From NCBI GenBank assembly GCA_020831635.1, contig JAFIGC010000013.1, positions 385 through 64,384 of the forward strand: a DNA stretch of 64,000 nucleotides. The letters run 5' to 3'. The translations under genes were made by a program, and so were the position numbers. The notes below the pieces were generated by a model. That model was given only the letters and a program-made list of their open reading frames with translations. It was not told the DNA's origin and ran no database searches. This DNA is from Verrucomicrobiota bacterium (GTDB lineage: Bacteria; Verrucomicrobiota; Kiritimatiellia; SS1-B-03-39; UBA6053). This document shows positions 6,838 through 15,894 of this stretch, piece after piece. Positions within the stretch are counted from its first letter, which is position 1; each line of letters starts with the position of its first letter.

Positions 6838-9800
6838 TGTCGAAGTCTCTTCAATCCCGTATCCTCGTTCACGCGCTTTTCGCGTCGCTTGGCCTGTTCG
6901 GCACGGTCGCCCGCGCCGTGGAGATCGACGAAAGCGTTTTTCGGAGCGATTTCCAAGCGCTGACCGCATTCGATCACCGCCTCCCCGGCAGTGAAGGACA
7001 ACGGGAAACCGCCCGGTTCCTCGAATCCCGTCTGCGGGAAATTGGCATCGATGAGGTGCACACCCTCCGCTTTGAAACCTGGTATCCCGAATTGCAGCGG
7101 TCGGAAATGGTGGTGGACGGGGCGGGCATTCCCATTTTTCCCCTGCGCCCCAATCTGGTGATCTGGCCCAACACCCCCGAGGAGGGTTTGACCGCGCCGC
7201 TGTTGTACGTGGGCAAAGGGGATATACAGGATTACGGTGCCCGGAATCCTGAAGGCCGCATCGTGCTCATGGACTATGCCGCAAGTGAAAACTGGCGGGT
7301 GGCCTTTTCCCTGGGTGCCAAGGCGGTGGTGTTTGTCGGAGAACCCGGGGACGCTCCCACTGCGCCGCTCCACGTTCCCGCCCCGGTGAATTTCCTCCGT
7401 TTTTATGTGGACCGCTCCGATCTGCCCGCCGATCCCGGCGAACTGGAGGGGCGCGAAGTCAGTCTGTTCTCACGGGTCAAATGGCAATCCAGACCGGATC
7501 AGGTGATCTACGGACGGGTGCATGGCCGCGATTCCGAGCAGTTGGAACCCATTCTGCTCGCCGCCCATTACGATTCATTTGGCAATGTCCCCCACCGCTC
7601 GCCCGCAGCCAGGGGCGCGGCCAACACTGCGCTGGTGCTGCAGGCGGCCCGGCATTTTGCAGCAAACACCCCCCAACGGGATGTCGCGTTTCTACTGACC
7701 AGTTCCCGTGCCTACAATCACCAGGGCGCTCGCTATTTTTATGAGGCCCTCACGATTCCCGACGCACAGTTGAACGACGTCTATAATGCCCGTCTTCGGG
7801 AGGAATCGGAGATCCAAGGCGCGTTGGATTTGTTGCTGTCGGAGGGCTTGCGAGCGGATCCCCGGGCGGGACACGGGGATTTGCTCGCCCGCCAGATCTT
7901 TCAGGAAGCCGAGTTCATGAACGCCGATTTGACCGCGGCCCTCCAACGCAGGCGGCTGACGGTGGACCGAATGGACGATCCGGAGATGGAGGCGCTTCGC
8001 TTGGAAATCGAAGAGAAGGTCGTGCGCCGAACGGTCATTGACGACATCAGACGGGCCCTCTTCGGCAACCGCTTTTTGGAAGTCTACGCGCAATTGGAAG
8101 CCGTGCGAAGCGGGGAGGCGAAGATGGAGGACCTTGCCTTGACCTCATTGACGGGAGATGCGGAGGTCGACCGACGCATTCTCACCGAAATCATTCCCTC
8201 TGTATTGGAGGAGCTTCTGGAATTGACTCGCGCCCGTTTCGAGGGACGGCTCGCCGAATTGAACGAAGAGCGCACCTATTGGGAAAACACCCAATCCCTG
8301 CGCGCGGAAGGCCGGGCCTCCGGAGAGTCTCCGGCCGGTCGCATGCATCTGCATGTCAGTTTCAATCTGGGCGATGCCAGTTCCCGATGGGGGGTAGTGG
8401 TGGGCGATCCCGTGGAGGGCATGAGCAACATGGGGGTTCAGTCCGGCGCCGATGCCCCCGGGCTTTATGTCCGCTTGTTGTCCCAACTCGGGGAGATCTC
8501 CCGAAACCGGGGCGATATTTTCCAACTCAACACCCGCACGCTCACCGATACGCTCTTCGGTCCCAGTTTTGTAGGCGAGCCTTATACCAGCAGTGCCAAA
8601 ACCGCCGGAGATTATGGGTTTCACAACATTTCCCTTATGACGGAAAACGATTCCCGTCTTCGCGACGGACATCCCGGGGACACCCCGGAGGCCCTCCGGA
8701 TCGAGACCTTTCTCAATCAGGGCCGTGAAGCCCTCTCGCTTGTCGAGGGTATGCTCGACACCCCCAATCTCGCGGTCACCCGCCCGATTGCCAGAATGGT
8801 GACCAGCAAGTACTACGATTGGCGAAACGGACGTTCCTGGGGAGATTTTGTCTCTCGCACCGTGGTGGGGGGGCTGGCCGAAAGCCGACCCGCCGAAAAC
8901 GCACTGATCGCACATTGGCCCACGGGCGGGGGCAGTGACAGCGGCCACTGGGCCAATATTGAAAAAAGCGGCATTTACCGGGACTACATGCCCTTTGGCT
9001 TGCAACGCGCGAATTATTTCGGACGATTTTCCATGGTGGGCCAGAGAAGCGTACAGGCAAGGCTGGCCCTTTTCAGCGCGTATTTCGATGAGCGGGGGGA
9101 TCTGGAGGCCATTTCCAACCAACGCTCCCAACTGATTCCCCGCATGGCCGCCAGCATCCGCTTGACCCTATTTCAGGCCCGCGGGCATGCCATTCTGACC
9201 AATCCCGGACATCAGACCTTTCCCGACAGCCTCAACATCATGAAAGGCACCACCAACTTTGCCTTTCCAAACGACCGGGTGCTTTGGGGAACCGTGAATG
9301 ACGTCAGTTTCGCCTATCTGGCCGAGCGGGATTTTGCAGGCGGTTTGAAGTTTTTCCAGCGGTTGGGTCCGGTGTTGATGGCCCTGCCCGGCCGGGACCC
9401 GGTGGCGGATGGGGGAATTCCCACCGGCGATTTGCTCAGTCCGCCGAGGGTAAGCGGATTTTCCGCCGAAAATCTGTGGGCGCTCAACGAATCCCGTCTG
9501 TCCACCATGCGTCAACGCGGGGTCAGCCGCACCGATCTGGAAACCTACCACAGCCGGGCCCTGGCCGCCCGCGAGCAGGCCAACGAGGCCACGTCCTTGG
9601 CCGAGGAGGAGTCCCTGCGTCTCTCAAGCGCCTCCATCTCCCACCGATTGCACGAACCGCTCCGCAGTTCCATGGATGACCTGGTCACTGCCATCATACT
9701 CTTGCTGCTGCTGACGCTGCCCTTTGCCTTTGCCATGGAACGTCTACTGGTGGGCGCCACTTCCATTTATGGTCGACTGAGCGGATTCTGCGTGTTTTTC

Positions 9801-11759
9801 ATCCTGACCTTCGGTTTGTTGTATTTTCTGCACCCCGGATTCGCCATTGCCTCGGCCCCCATGATCATTTTCCTGGCCTTCACCGTATTGGGGCTTTCCG
9901 CCATGGTCATCCAGATGCTCTTGCGCCGTTTCAAACAGGAATTGAAGATGCTGCAGGGGCAGGGGGTGCAGGCCCACGACGCCGAAGTCTCCCGGGCGGG
10001 CACCACTCTGGCCGCCATCGGCATGGGCATGTCCACCATGCGCCGCCGCCCCACTCGAACCTTCCTCACCGCCATCACCGTGGTGGCCCTGACTTTCACC
10101 ATCCTCTGTTTCGCCTCCTTCACCCGGGAAATGGGGGTTCGCGCCACTTATTTGGGACCCAGCCCGGAAGATCAGCCCGACGGCGTGCTCGTACGCACCC
10201 TCAATTACGCCCCTTTGCCCAACGGACAACGCGAATTGCTGTTGCGCTACCATGACGGGGAATCCGTGCTCACCAGCCGTTGGTGGCTGCGGCGCCAGAA
10301 TGTCGAAAGTCCGCGAATTTTCATCACCAATCCCGCCAATGGAAATTCCGTGGAGCAGGAGGCCATGATCGGCTTTGATGTCGACGAACTCCGCCGCTGG
10401 CCCGCGTTGCGGGAGGTGGCGGGCCGCGAGCCCGAGCAGGCTCGGTTTATGCGGGATATCCAGGAGAACAAACTGTTTCTCCCCCCGTTTGTCATGGAAC
10501 TCCTGGAGGTGGAACCCGGGGACCCCGTGATCGTCAAAGGGCGCGAAATGGTGGTGGCCGAGCCTCTGGACCTCAATCGTCTGCAACGCCTCAACGGCAT
10601 GGATCTTGAGTCCTTGATTCCCCTCGACAGCCGTCAGGTCGATGCCGATGCCATGGCTCCGACCACGGAGGCCGATATCTTGAATCTCGATGCGGAAGTC
10701 GAACAGAACTTCATTCGCCTCGGGGTGGGGGAAATCTCCATGACCTCCAACGCGATGATCCGGGAATTGGGCGGCAAACCCCACATCATGACCCTGTATC
10801 CCGCCGAAACCGTGAATGCCCGCGAATTGGGGCAAACCTTGGCCGCCATCGTGTCCTCTCCCGTGTGGGTGGTCAGCGAGATCGGCGTGGAGCGCATGGT
10901 GCTCACCCATTTGACCCAGATCTCCGGGGTATTCGCCATCGCCATTCCCCTGTTTCTGGGGGGGCTCATCATCTTCGGCACCCTGCTCGGATCGATCAGC
11001 GACCGCGAAAAGGAAATTTACACCTTCTCCGCCCTGGGGCTGGGCCCTTCGCACGTGGGCATGCTCTTCTTCGCCGAAGCCGGGGTTTACGCCGTGGTCG
11101 GGGGGATGGGCGGACAGTTGATCGCGCAAATCATCGCCTGGATCGCGTCGGTGCTGGCCAACCGGGGGATCATCGATCCGGTTTCCATCAATTTCTCCTC
11201 CACCAATTCGCTGTTTGCCATCGGGTTGGTGATGCTGCTGGTGCTGGTCTCCTCCCTTTATCCCGCCTATCGCGCCTCCAAAAGCGCCAACCCCGGGCTC
11301 GCCCGCGACTGGAGCATGCCCGATCCGGATAACGATGTCATCGACCTCACCTTCCCCTTCACCGTCTCCGCCTATGACATCACCGGGGTGGTCAGCTTCC
11401 TGGCTGAACATTTCCGCAGCTTCGACGATGCCGGTTTCGGGAAATTCGCCACCACCGTGACCGAGATTCGGCGAAACGAAGGCGGCAACCTCGAAATCCG
11501 ATCCGAACTGGCCCTGTCGCCCTTCGACCTGGGCGTGACCGAAGAACTGTTGTTGGCCTCCCGTCCCTCCTCGATCGAAGGCGTCGACGAAGTGCATGTC
11601 CGCATCAAGCGCCTCAGCGGCGCCGAGAACGACTGGGTTCGCGGCACCCGGGTGTTTCTCAAGGAACTGCGCACCCAATTCCTGGTCTGGCGCACCCTGT
11701 CGGACGAGCGAATCGAGTCCTACCGCCACGCCACCTTTCAAGAACTGGGGGAGGTCTAA
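6837..11759 (+). CDS. Giant FtsX/MacB-type permease fused to a degenerate PA/M28 peptidase-like ectodomain (copy 1)
   Basis: 1640 aa; the ATG at 6837 overlaps the upstream stop (TGATG). Signal anchor is ILVHALFASLGLFGTVARA. PA-like segment is GRIVLMDYAASENWRVAFSLGAKAVVFVGE. The M28-like scaffold AHYDS...ARGAANTAL...FLLTSSRAYNHQGARYF lacks the GADDN and EE metal and catalytic residues. A helical insert and a TM cluster follow, then a MacB-type TM1 (RRRPTRTFLTAITVVALTFTILCFA), a second periplasmic domain, and an FtsX domain (SDREKEIYTFSALGLGPSHVGMLFFAEAGVYAVVGGMGG). A soluble C-terminal tail of about 150 aa completes the protein. Confidence 0.75.
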   Translation: MSKSLQSRILVHALFASLGLFGTVARAVEIDESVFRSDFQALTAFDHRLPGSEGQRETARFLESRLREIGIDEVHTLRFETWYPELQRSEMVVDGAGIPIFPLRPNLVIWPNTPEEGLTAPLLYVGKGDIQDYGARNPEGRIVLMDYAASENWRVAFSLGAKAVVFVGEPGDAPTAPLHVPAPVNFLRFYVDRSDLPADPGELEGREVSLFSRVKWQSRPDQVIYGRVHGRDSEQLEPILLAAHYDSFGNVPHRSPAARGAANTALVLQAARHFAANTPQRDVAFLLTSSRAYNHQGARYFYEALTIPDAQLNDVYNARLREESEIQGALDLLLSEGLRADPRAGHGDLLARQIFQEAEFMNADLTAALQRRRLTVDRMDDPEMEALRLEIEEKVVRRTVIDDIRRALFGNRFLEVYAQLEAVRSGEAKMEDLALTSLTGDAEVDRRILTEIIPSVLEELLELTRARFEGRLAELNEERTYWENTQSLRAEGRASGESPAGRMHLHVSFNLGDASSRWGVVVGDPVEGMSNMGVQSGADAPGLYVRLLSQLGEISRNRGDIFQLNTRTLTDTLFGPSFVGEPYTSSAKTAGDYGFHNISLMTENDSRLRDGHPGDTPEALRIETFLNQGREALSLVEGMLDTPNLAVTRPIARMVTSKYYDWRNGRSWGDFVSRTVVGGLAESRPAENALIAHWPTGGGSDSGHWANIEKSGIYRDYMPFGLQRANYFGRFSMVGQRSVQARLALFSAYFDERGDLEAISNQRSQLIPRMAASIRLTLFQARGHAILTNPGHQTFPDSLNIMKGTTNFAFPNDRVLWGTVNDVSFAYLAERDFAGGLKFFQRLGPVLMALPGRDPVADGGIPTGDLLSPPRVSGFSAENLWALNESRLSTMRQRGVSRTDLETYHSRALAAREQANEATSLAEEESLRLSSASISHRLHEPLRSSMDDLVTAIILLLLLTLPFAFAMERLLVGATSIYGRLSGFCVFFILTFGLLYFLHPGFAIASAPMIIFLAFTVLGLSAMVIQMLLRRFKQELKMLQGQGVQAHDAEVSRAGTTLAAIGMGMSTMRRRPTRTFLTAITVVALTFTILCFASFTREMGVRATYLGPSPEDQPDGVLVRTLNYAPLPNGQRELLLRYHDGESVLTSRWWLRRQNVESPRIFITNPANGNSVEQEAMIGFDVDELRRWPALREVAGREPEQARFMRDIQENKLFLPPFVMELLEVEPGDPVIVKGREMVVAEPLDLNRLQRLNGMDLESLIPLDSRQVDADAMAPTTEADILNLDAEVEQNFIRLGVGEISMTSNAMIRELGGKPHIMTLYPAETVNARELGQTLAAIVSSPVWVVSEIGVERMVLTHLTQISGVFAIAIPLFLGGLIIFGTLLGSISDREKEIYTFSALGLGPSHVGMLFFAEAGVYAVVGGMGGQLIAQIIAWIASVLANRGIIDPVSINFSSTNSLFAIGLVMLLVLVSSLYPAYRASKSANPGLARDWSMPDPDNDVIDLTFPFTVSAYDITGVVSFLAEHFRSFDDAGFGKFATTVTEIRRNEGGNLEIRSELALSPFDLGVTEELLLASRPSSIEGVDEVHVRIKRLSGAENDWVRGTRVFLKELRTQFLVWRTLSDERIESYRHATFQELGEV

Positions 11760-11802
11760 ACCATGACATGCCTCTTTTCACCCATCAACCCCTCCATCTG
11801 CC

Positions 11803-13890
11803 ATGAGTGATTCCACCTCCAACACATCCCCCCCCCCGAAGAAACTCCGCAAGGAGCGCGGAGTCGACAAGGAATTCGAGATTTTCCGCGACCAGATGCG
11901 TCCGCCGAAGCATTTCGACGAAGGTTTCTCCTGGGAATCCTTTTTCGGGGCCCTGTTTATCGGCGCGGTGATGGTGCCCGGAGCCATTTACATGACCCTG
12001 CTGGCCGGGGAGTCCATCGGCCCCGCCGCCCAGTGGGTCACCCTGATTCTGTTTTTGGAAGTGGCCCGCCGGGCCAACCGCGACATTCCCAACGCCCAGA
12101 TTTTTACCCTCTTTTACATTTCCGGGGCCCTCATGGCCACCGCCAGCGGTTCCGGCGGCGACTTTCACGGCGGACTGCAAACCCTCTACAATCAATTTTT
12201 CGTGCAATCCGACGCCGCCCGCGCCGCCGGCATCGCCGATCAAATCCCCTCCTGGGTGGTGCCCTCGGATCCCGCCGTGCTCGAAACCCGATCCCTGTTC
12301 CGCATCGAGTGGCTCGCGCCCCTCGGCCTGATTGTGTTCACCATGATTCTGGGACGCATCGACAGCATGATCATCGGCTACGGTCTGTTTCGGCTCACCA
12401 GTGACATCGAAAAGCTGCCTTTCCCCCTGGCCCCCGTGGGTGCCCAGGGCATTCTCGCGCTCTCCGAAGAGCAGAAAGGGCACGAAATTTCCGAGGACAG
12501 CAATCGAGAGGGGGTGTCGAAATGGCGAATGTTCTCCATTGGGTCGGTGATCGGACTGATCTTCGGATTTTTGTATCTGGGAATCCCCACCATTACCGGG
12601 GCCCTGCTCGCGGAACCCATTACCCTCATTCCGCTGCCCTTCGTGGACTTCACCCCGGACACCGCCGCCTATATTCCCGCCGCCGCCGTGGGATTGGCCT
12701 TTGATCTCGGGTTTGTCATCGTGGGCATGGTCCTGCCTTTCTGGGCCATGGTGGGGTCTTTCCTTGGGTTGCTGATTACCCTCATCCTCAATCCCATCCT
12801 CTATCATACCGGGGTGCTGACCTCCTGGAATCCGGGAGACAGCCTGCAGGAGACCTTTTACAAAGGAAACATCGACTTTTATTTCAGTTTCTCCATCGGG
12901 ATCGCCCTCTCCATTGCCATTGCCGGGATTGTGAGCATCGTCCTCAAAACCCGAAAAGAAAAGGCGAGGAAGGCAAAGGATGAAAATCCGCTCTCCCGCT
13001 CGGCCTACGCGATTCCCGAAGGGCGCGGGGACATTCGCGCCATCTGGGTATTCGCCACCTACCTGATTGCCTGCAGCCTCTACATTGGCGTGTCCATGTT
13101 TCTGCTCTACGTCACCGATGGCAGCATTTTCTGGCCCGTGGTCTGGGTCATGCTGTTTTACGCCTTCGTGTTCACCCCGTTCATCAGCTACATGACCGCC
13201 CGCATGGAGGGGATTGCCGGACAGGTGGTCACCATTCCCTTCGTGCGCGAAGCCTGCTTCATTCTCTCCGGTTATTCCGGGGTGGCGGTCTGGTTTTTGC
13301 CCATTCCCCTCCACAACTATGGCCAAATGACCGTGTTCTACCGCCAGTGCGAACTCACCGGCACCAAATTCACCTCCATTTGGAAATCCGAGGTGCTGTT
13401 GATGCCCATCATTCTCGGGTTCAGTCTGTTCTTCGCCCACATGATTTGGCAGATGGGCGACATCCCCGGCCCGAACTTCCCCTTTGCCCAAGAGTGGTGG
13501 GAAGTCACCGCCGCCCAGAAGTCGCTGATCTTCTCCTCCACCATGGGCGGATTCACCGAATTCGAGCAGGCCCTCAATCCCGCCTACATCGGCTGGGGAT
13601 TGGGCTTGGGCTGTCTCGCCTTCGGGGTCATGGGTTACTTTGCCCTCCCCGTATTCCTCATTTACGGCGTGGTGCGCGGACTCAACCAAACCCTGCCCTT
13701 CATGGTGATTCCGCAATTCCTCGGCGCCATGATCGGCCGCCTCTATTTCCAGCGCAAATTCGGCGCCAAAAAATGGCGGCAGATGATTCCGGTGCTTTTC
13801 GCCGGCTTCAGTTGCGGCATGGGGCTGATCGCCGTGTTCACCCTCGGATTCGTCTTCCTCAAGGGAAGCGTCCTCACCCTCCCGTTTTAA
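11803..13890 (+). CDS. Polytopic membrane protein, family B of the duplicated module (possible distant OPT-like transporter)
   Basis: 695 aa with about 14-16 hydrophobic segments. It is a clear paralog of 41966-44050; shared strings include MSD..., GF(S/T)W..., LPFPLAP, ARMxGIAGQ and CELT(G/R)TK(F/L)TSI. The N-terminal GFSWESFFGALFIGAVMVPG and the LPFPLAPVGAQG motif resemble OPT-family patterns (ELTxRAxxxG; LxFPSGxA). Confidence 0.6.
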   Translation: MSDSTSNTSPPPKKLRKERGVDKEFEIFRDQMRPPKHFDEGFSWESFFGALFIGAVMVPGAIYMTLLAGESIGPAAQWVTLILFLEVARRANRDIPNAQIFTLFYISGALMATASGSGGDFHGGLQTLYNQFFVQSDAARAAGIADQIPSWVVPSDPAVLETRSLFRIEWLAPLGLIVFTMILGRIDSMIIGYGLFRLTSDIEKLPFPLAPVGAQGILALSEEQKGHEISEDSNREGVSKWRMFSIGSVIGLIFGFLYLGIPTITGALLAEPITLIPLPFVDFTPDTAAYIPAAAVGLAFDLGFVIVGMVLPFWAMVGSFLGLLITLILNPILYHTGVLTSWNPGDSLQETFYKGNIDFYFSFSIGIALSIAIAGIVSIVLKTRKEKARKAKDENPLSRSAYAIPEGRGDIRAIWVFATYLIACSLYIGVSMFLLYVTDGSIFWPVVWVMLFYAFVFTPFISYMTARMEGIAGQVVTIPFVREACFILSGYSGVAVWFLPIPLHNYGQMTVFYRQCELTGTKFTSIWKSEVLLMPIILGFSLFFAHMIWQMGDIPGPNFPFAQEWWEVTAAQKSLIFSSTMGGFTEFEQALNPAYIGWGLGLGCLAFGVMGYFALPVFLIYGVVRGLNQTLPFMVIPQFLGAMIGRLYFQRKFGAKKWRQMIPVLFAGFSCGMGLIAVFTLGFVFLKGSVLTLPF

Positions 13891-13917
13891 CCCAAGCCTT
13901 GCAACGCCTCCACGAAC

Positions 13918-14697
13918 ATGAGTGAAGAACCACCCCAAGCCCAATCAGCCCCGCCCTCGGGCGCCACCACCACGCCCATCGTGCAAGTATGCGGGGTCTC
14001 CAAGATCTATCGCCTCCGCGAGGAAACCGTGTATGCCTTGAAAAAGGTGGATCTCACCATCTACCAAGGGGAATATCTCTCCATCATGGGTCCGTCCGGT
14101 TCCGGAAAATCGACCCTCTTCAACATCGTAGGCGCTTTGGACAAAGCCTCGGAAGGGTATGCCCAGATCGGCGACCTGCGTCTCACCGAATTGAGCCCCA
14201 GCCAGCTCTCACACGTCCGGTGCAACTATATCGGCTACGTCTTCCAAGCCTTCAACCTCATTCCCTCCCTCAGCGCCCTCCGCAATGTTTCCCTGCCGCG
14301 CATTTTCATGGGGGCGAGCCCCGAGGAGGCGGATGCCAAAGCCGCCGAAGTGCTGGAATCCGTTGGACTGGGGCACCGTCTCACCCACACCCCCGACGAA
14401 CTCTCCGGCGGACAACAGCAACGCGTGGCCATCGCCCGGGCCTTGATCAACGAACCCGTGATCATCCTCGCCGACGAGCCCACCGCCAACCTCGACCTCA
14501 ACACCGGCTCCGACGTGATCAAGATTCTCAAGAATCTTTCCGTCGAAAAAGGGGTGACCATCATCACCGCCACCCACGACCACAAAATGCTCAGCCAATC
14601 CGACCGCGTCGTCCGCATCCGCGAAGGCGAAATCGAGGCCATCCAAAACCGCGACGAACTCGAAATCGAAGAAGGCACGATCGAGTTTTCGCATTGA
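13918..14697 (+). CDS. ABC transporter ATP-binding protein, MacB/LolD/FtsE-like (class II of the module)
   Basis: Walker [41 protein letters not shown]. It shares [16 protein letters not shown], SALRNVxLP and ATHDH with 32798-33538. Confidence 0.9.
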   Translation: MSEEPPQAQSAPPSGATTTPIVQVCGVSKIYRLREETVYALKKVDLTIYQGEYLSIMGPSGSGKSTLFNIVGALDKASEGYAQIGDLRLTELSPSQLSHVRCNYIGYVFQAFNLIPSLSALRNVSLPRIFMGASPEEADAKAAEVLESVGLGHRLTHTPDELSGGQQQRVAIARALINEPVIILADEPTANLDLNTGSDVIKILKNLSVEKGVTIITATHDHKMLSQSDRVVRIREGEIEAIQNRDELEIEEGTIEFSH

Positions 14698-14844
14698 TCC
14701 GACACGTGGAAGGTCGGCGGGAAGTTAGCCACCAAACGGCATCCAACCTGCATAAAATCAGCGGACCAGTCCATGCATCGTCCGAAAATTCCCTTGACCC
14801 ACGAGGAATTTTTCCGCAGGGTCTTTTTCAACAAGGAGCCCTTT

Positions 14845-15894
14845 ATGATCCGTATATCCTGTTTGGTTGTTTTGCTTTCCGGTCTGATTTGCGTTCAGGG
14901 CGCGGAAATGTTGACCCGAAGCTATGTCATCGGGCAAATTCCGGTTTTTCATGAGCAGCCCCATGGAGGGGGTGGGGGCTTCGGGGATGCTTTTGGAGGG
15001 GAGCCTGTCGTTGGCCGAGGCGATGTTTCCCCGCGTCGTCCCCGGGCGGATGAATCCGACCTCCCTTGGGCCCGCCGAACCGCCAATCCGGAATTTCTCC
15101 AGCAATATGTGACCCATCACCTCGGCGTGGAATTTCCGGAGGGCAGTTGGCTGCGGTATCAACGGGCCGGACATGTCCTGCACATGCACAACACCGAGGA
15201 CAATCACGCCTTTATGAAATTCGGGCTCATCAGCCATCGTTTGCTTGCTTATCAGGTTGCCCTCACCCTTCGCATGGTTCGCTTTGATGACGCGGTGATT
15301 GAAGCCTTGGAACGAAACCACCCCGCCGGCATCCCCGACCGGCTTTTGGTCGATCTCTGGCGCGAGGGAGAAGGAGAGGTTCTGTCCAGCCAAAGCCTCA
15401 AAACCATCAATGGCGTGAATGCCATTATTCACTGTGTGGAAGAATTCATTTATCCGACGCATATGAGGACCACGTCTGAAAAGAAGGCGTCCGGAGCCGC
15501 GGAAAATGAGAATCCGGAAAAACATCCTCCGGTTTATGGGGGACACGAAACGATGCAAATCGGGGCAATTTTCAACATTACCCCAACGGTTTCCGCGGAT
15601 ATGCAAACGGTGAACCTGATGTTGCTTCCTGAAACGACCCAACTCAAGGGCGACAATCCCCTGCATCCGCCGGAACTGCAGCCGATGACCCCGATCTTCC
15701 ATTCCATCAACCTCACCACCGCCTTGGTGGTTCAGTCCGGGTCCACCTTGGTGGCCGGACAAAGCAGCGACTTGGTGCCGGGCTCCTGGATTGTCATTTT
15801 CGTGGGCGCGCAACTGGTGGACACGAAAGGCGAGCCCATCGAACTTCCGCTGACCCCGCCCGAAGCGAATGCCGGTGAGGAGGTTCGGCCATGA
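14845..15894 (+). CDS. Secreted protein with secretin-like N-domain and short secretin-core-like C-terminus
   Basis: Start chosen at ATG 14845, which follows AAGGAG at 14832-14837 and gives the signal peptide MIRISCLVVLLSGLICVQGAE. The C-terminal GAIFNITPTVSADMQTVNLMLLPETTQL...PIFHSINLTTALVVQSGSTLVAGQ fits the secretin core pattern (G..l.vtP.v..d...i.l...pe.s...P.f..r...t.v.v.dG.t.v.gG). It is a paralog of the next gene. Confidence 0.5.
   Translation: MIRISCLVVLLSGLICVQGAEMLTRSYVIGQIPVFHEQPHGGGGGFGDAFGGEPVVGRGDVSPRRPRADESDLPWARRTANPEFLQQYVTHHLGVEFPEGSWLRYQRAGHVLHMHNTEDNHAFMKFGLISHRLLAYQVALTLRMVRFDDAVIEALERNHPAGIPDRLLVDLWREGEGEVLSSQSLKTINGVNAIIHCVEEFIYPTHMRTTSEKKASGAAENENPEKHPPVYGGHETMQIGAIFNITPTVSADMQTVNLMLLPETTQLKGDNPLHPPELQPMTPIFHSINLTTALVVQSGSTLVAGQSSDLVPGSWIVIFVGAQLVDTKGEPIELPLTPPEANAGEEVRP

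Noticed and set aside
9744-13944. Long minus-strand ORFs 9744-11741 (665 aa) and 11785-13944 (719 aa)
   Set aside because: They are antisense to the giant permease and family-B genes. Their Gly/His/Glu/Pro-rich low-complexity translations are typical of non-coding frames in high-GC DNA.
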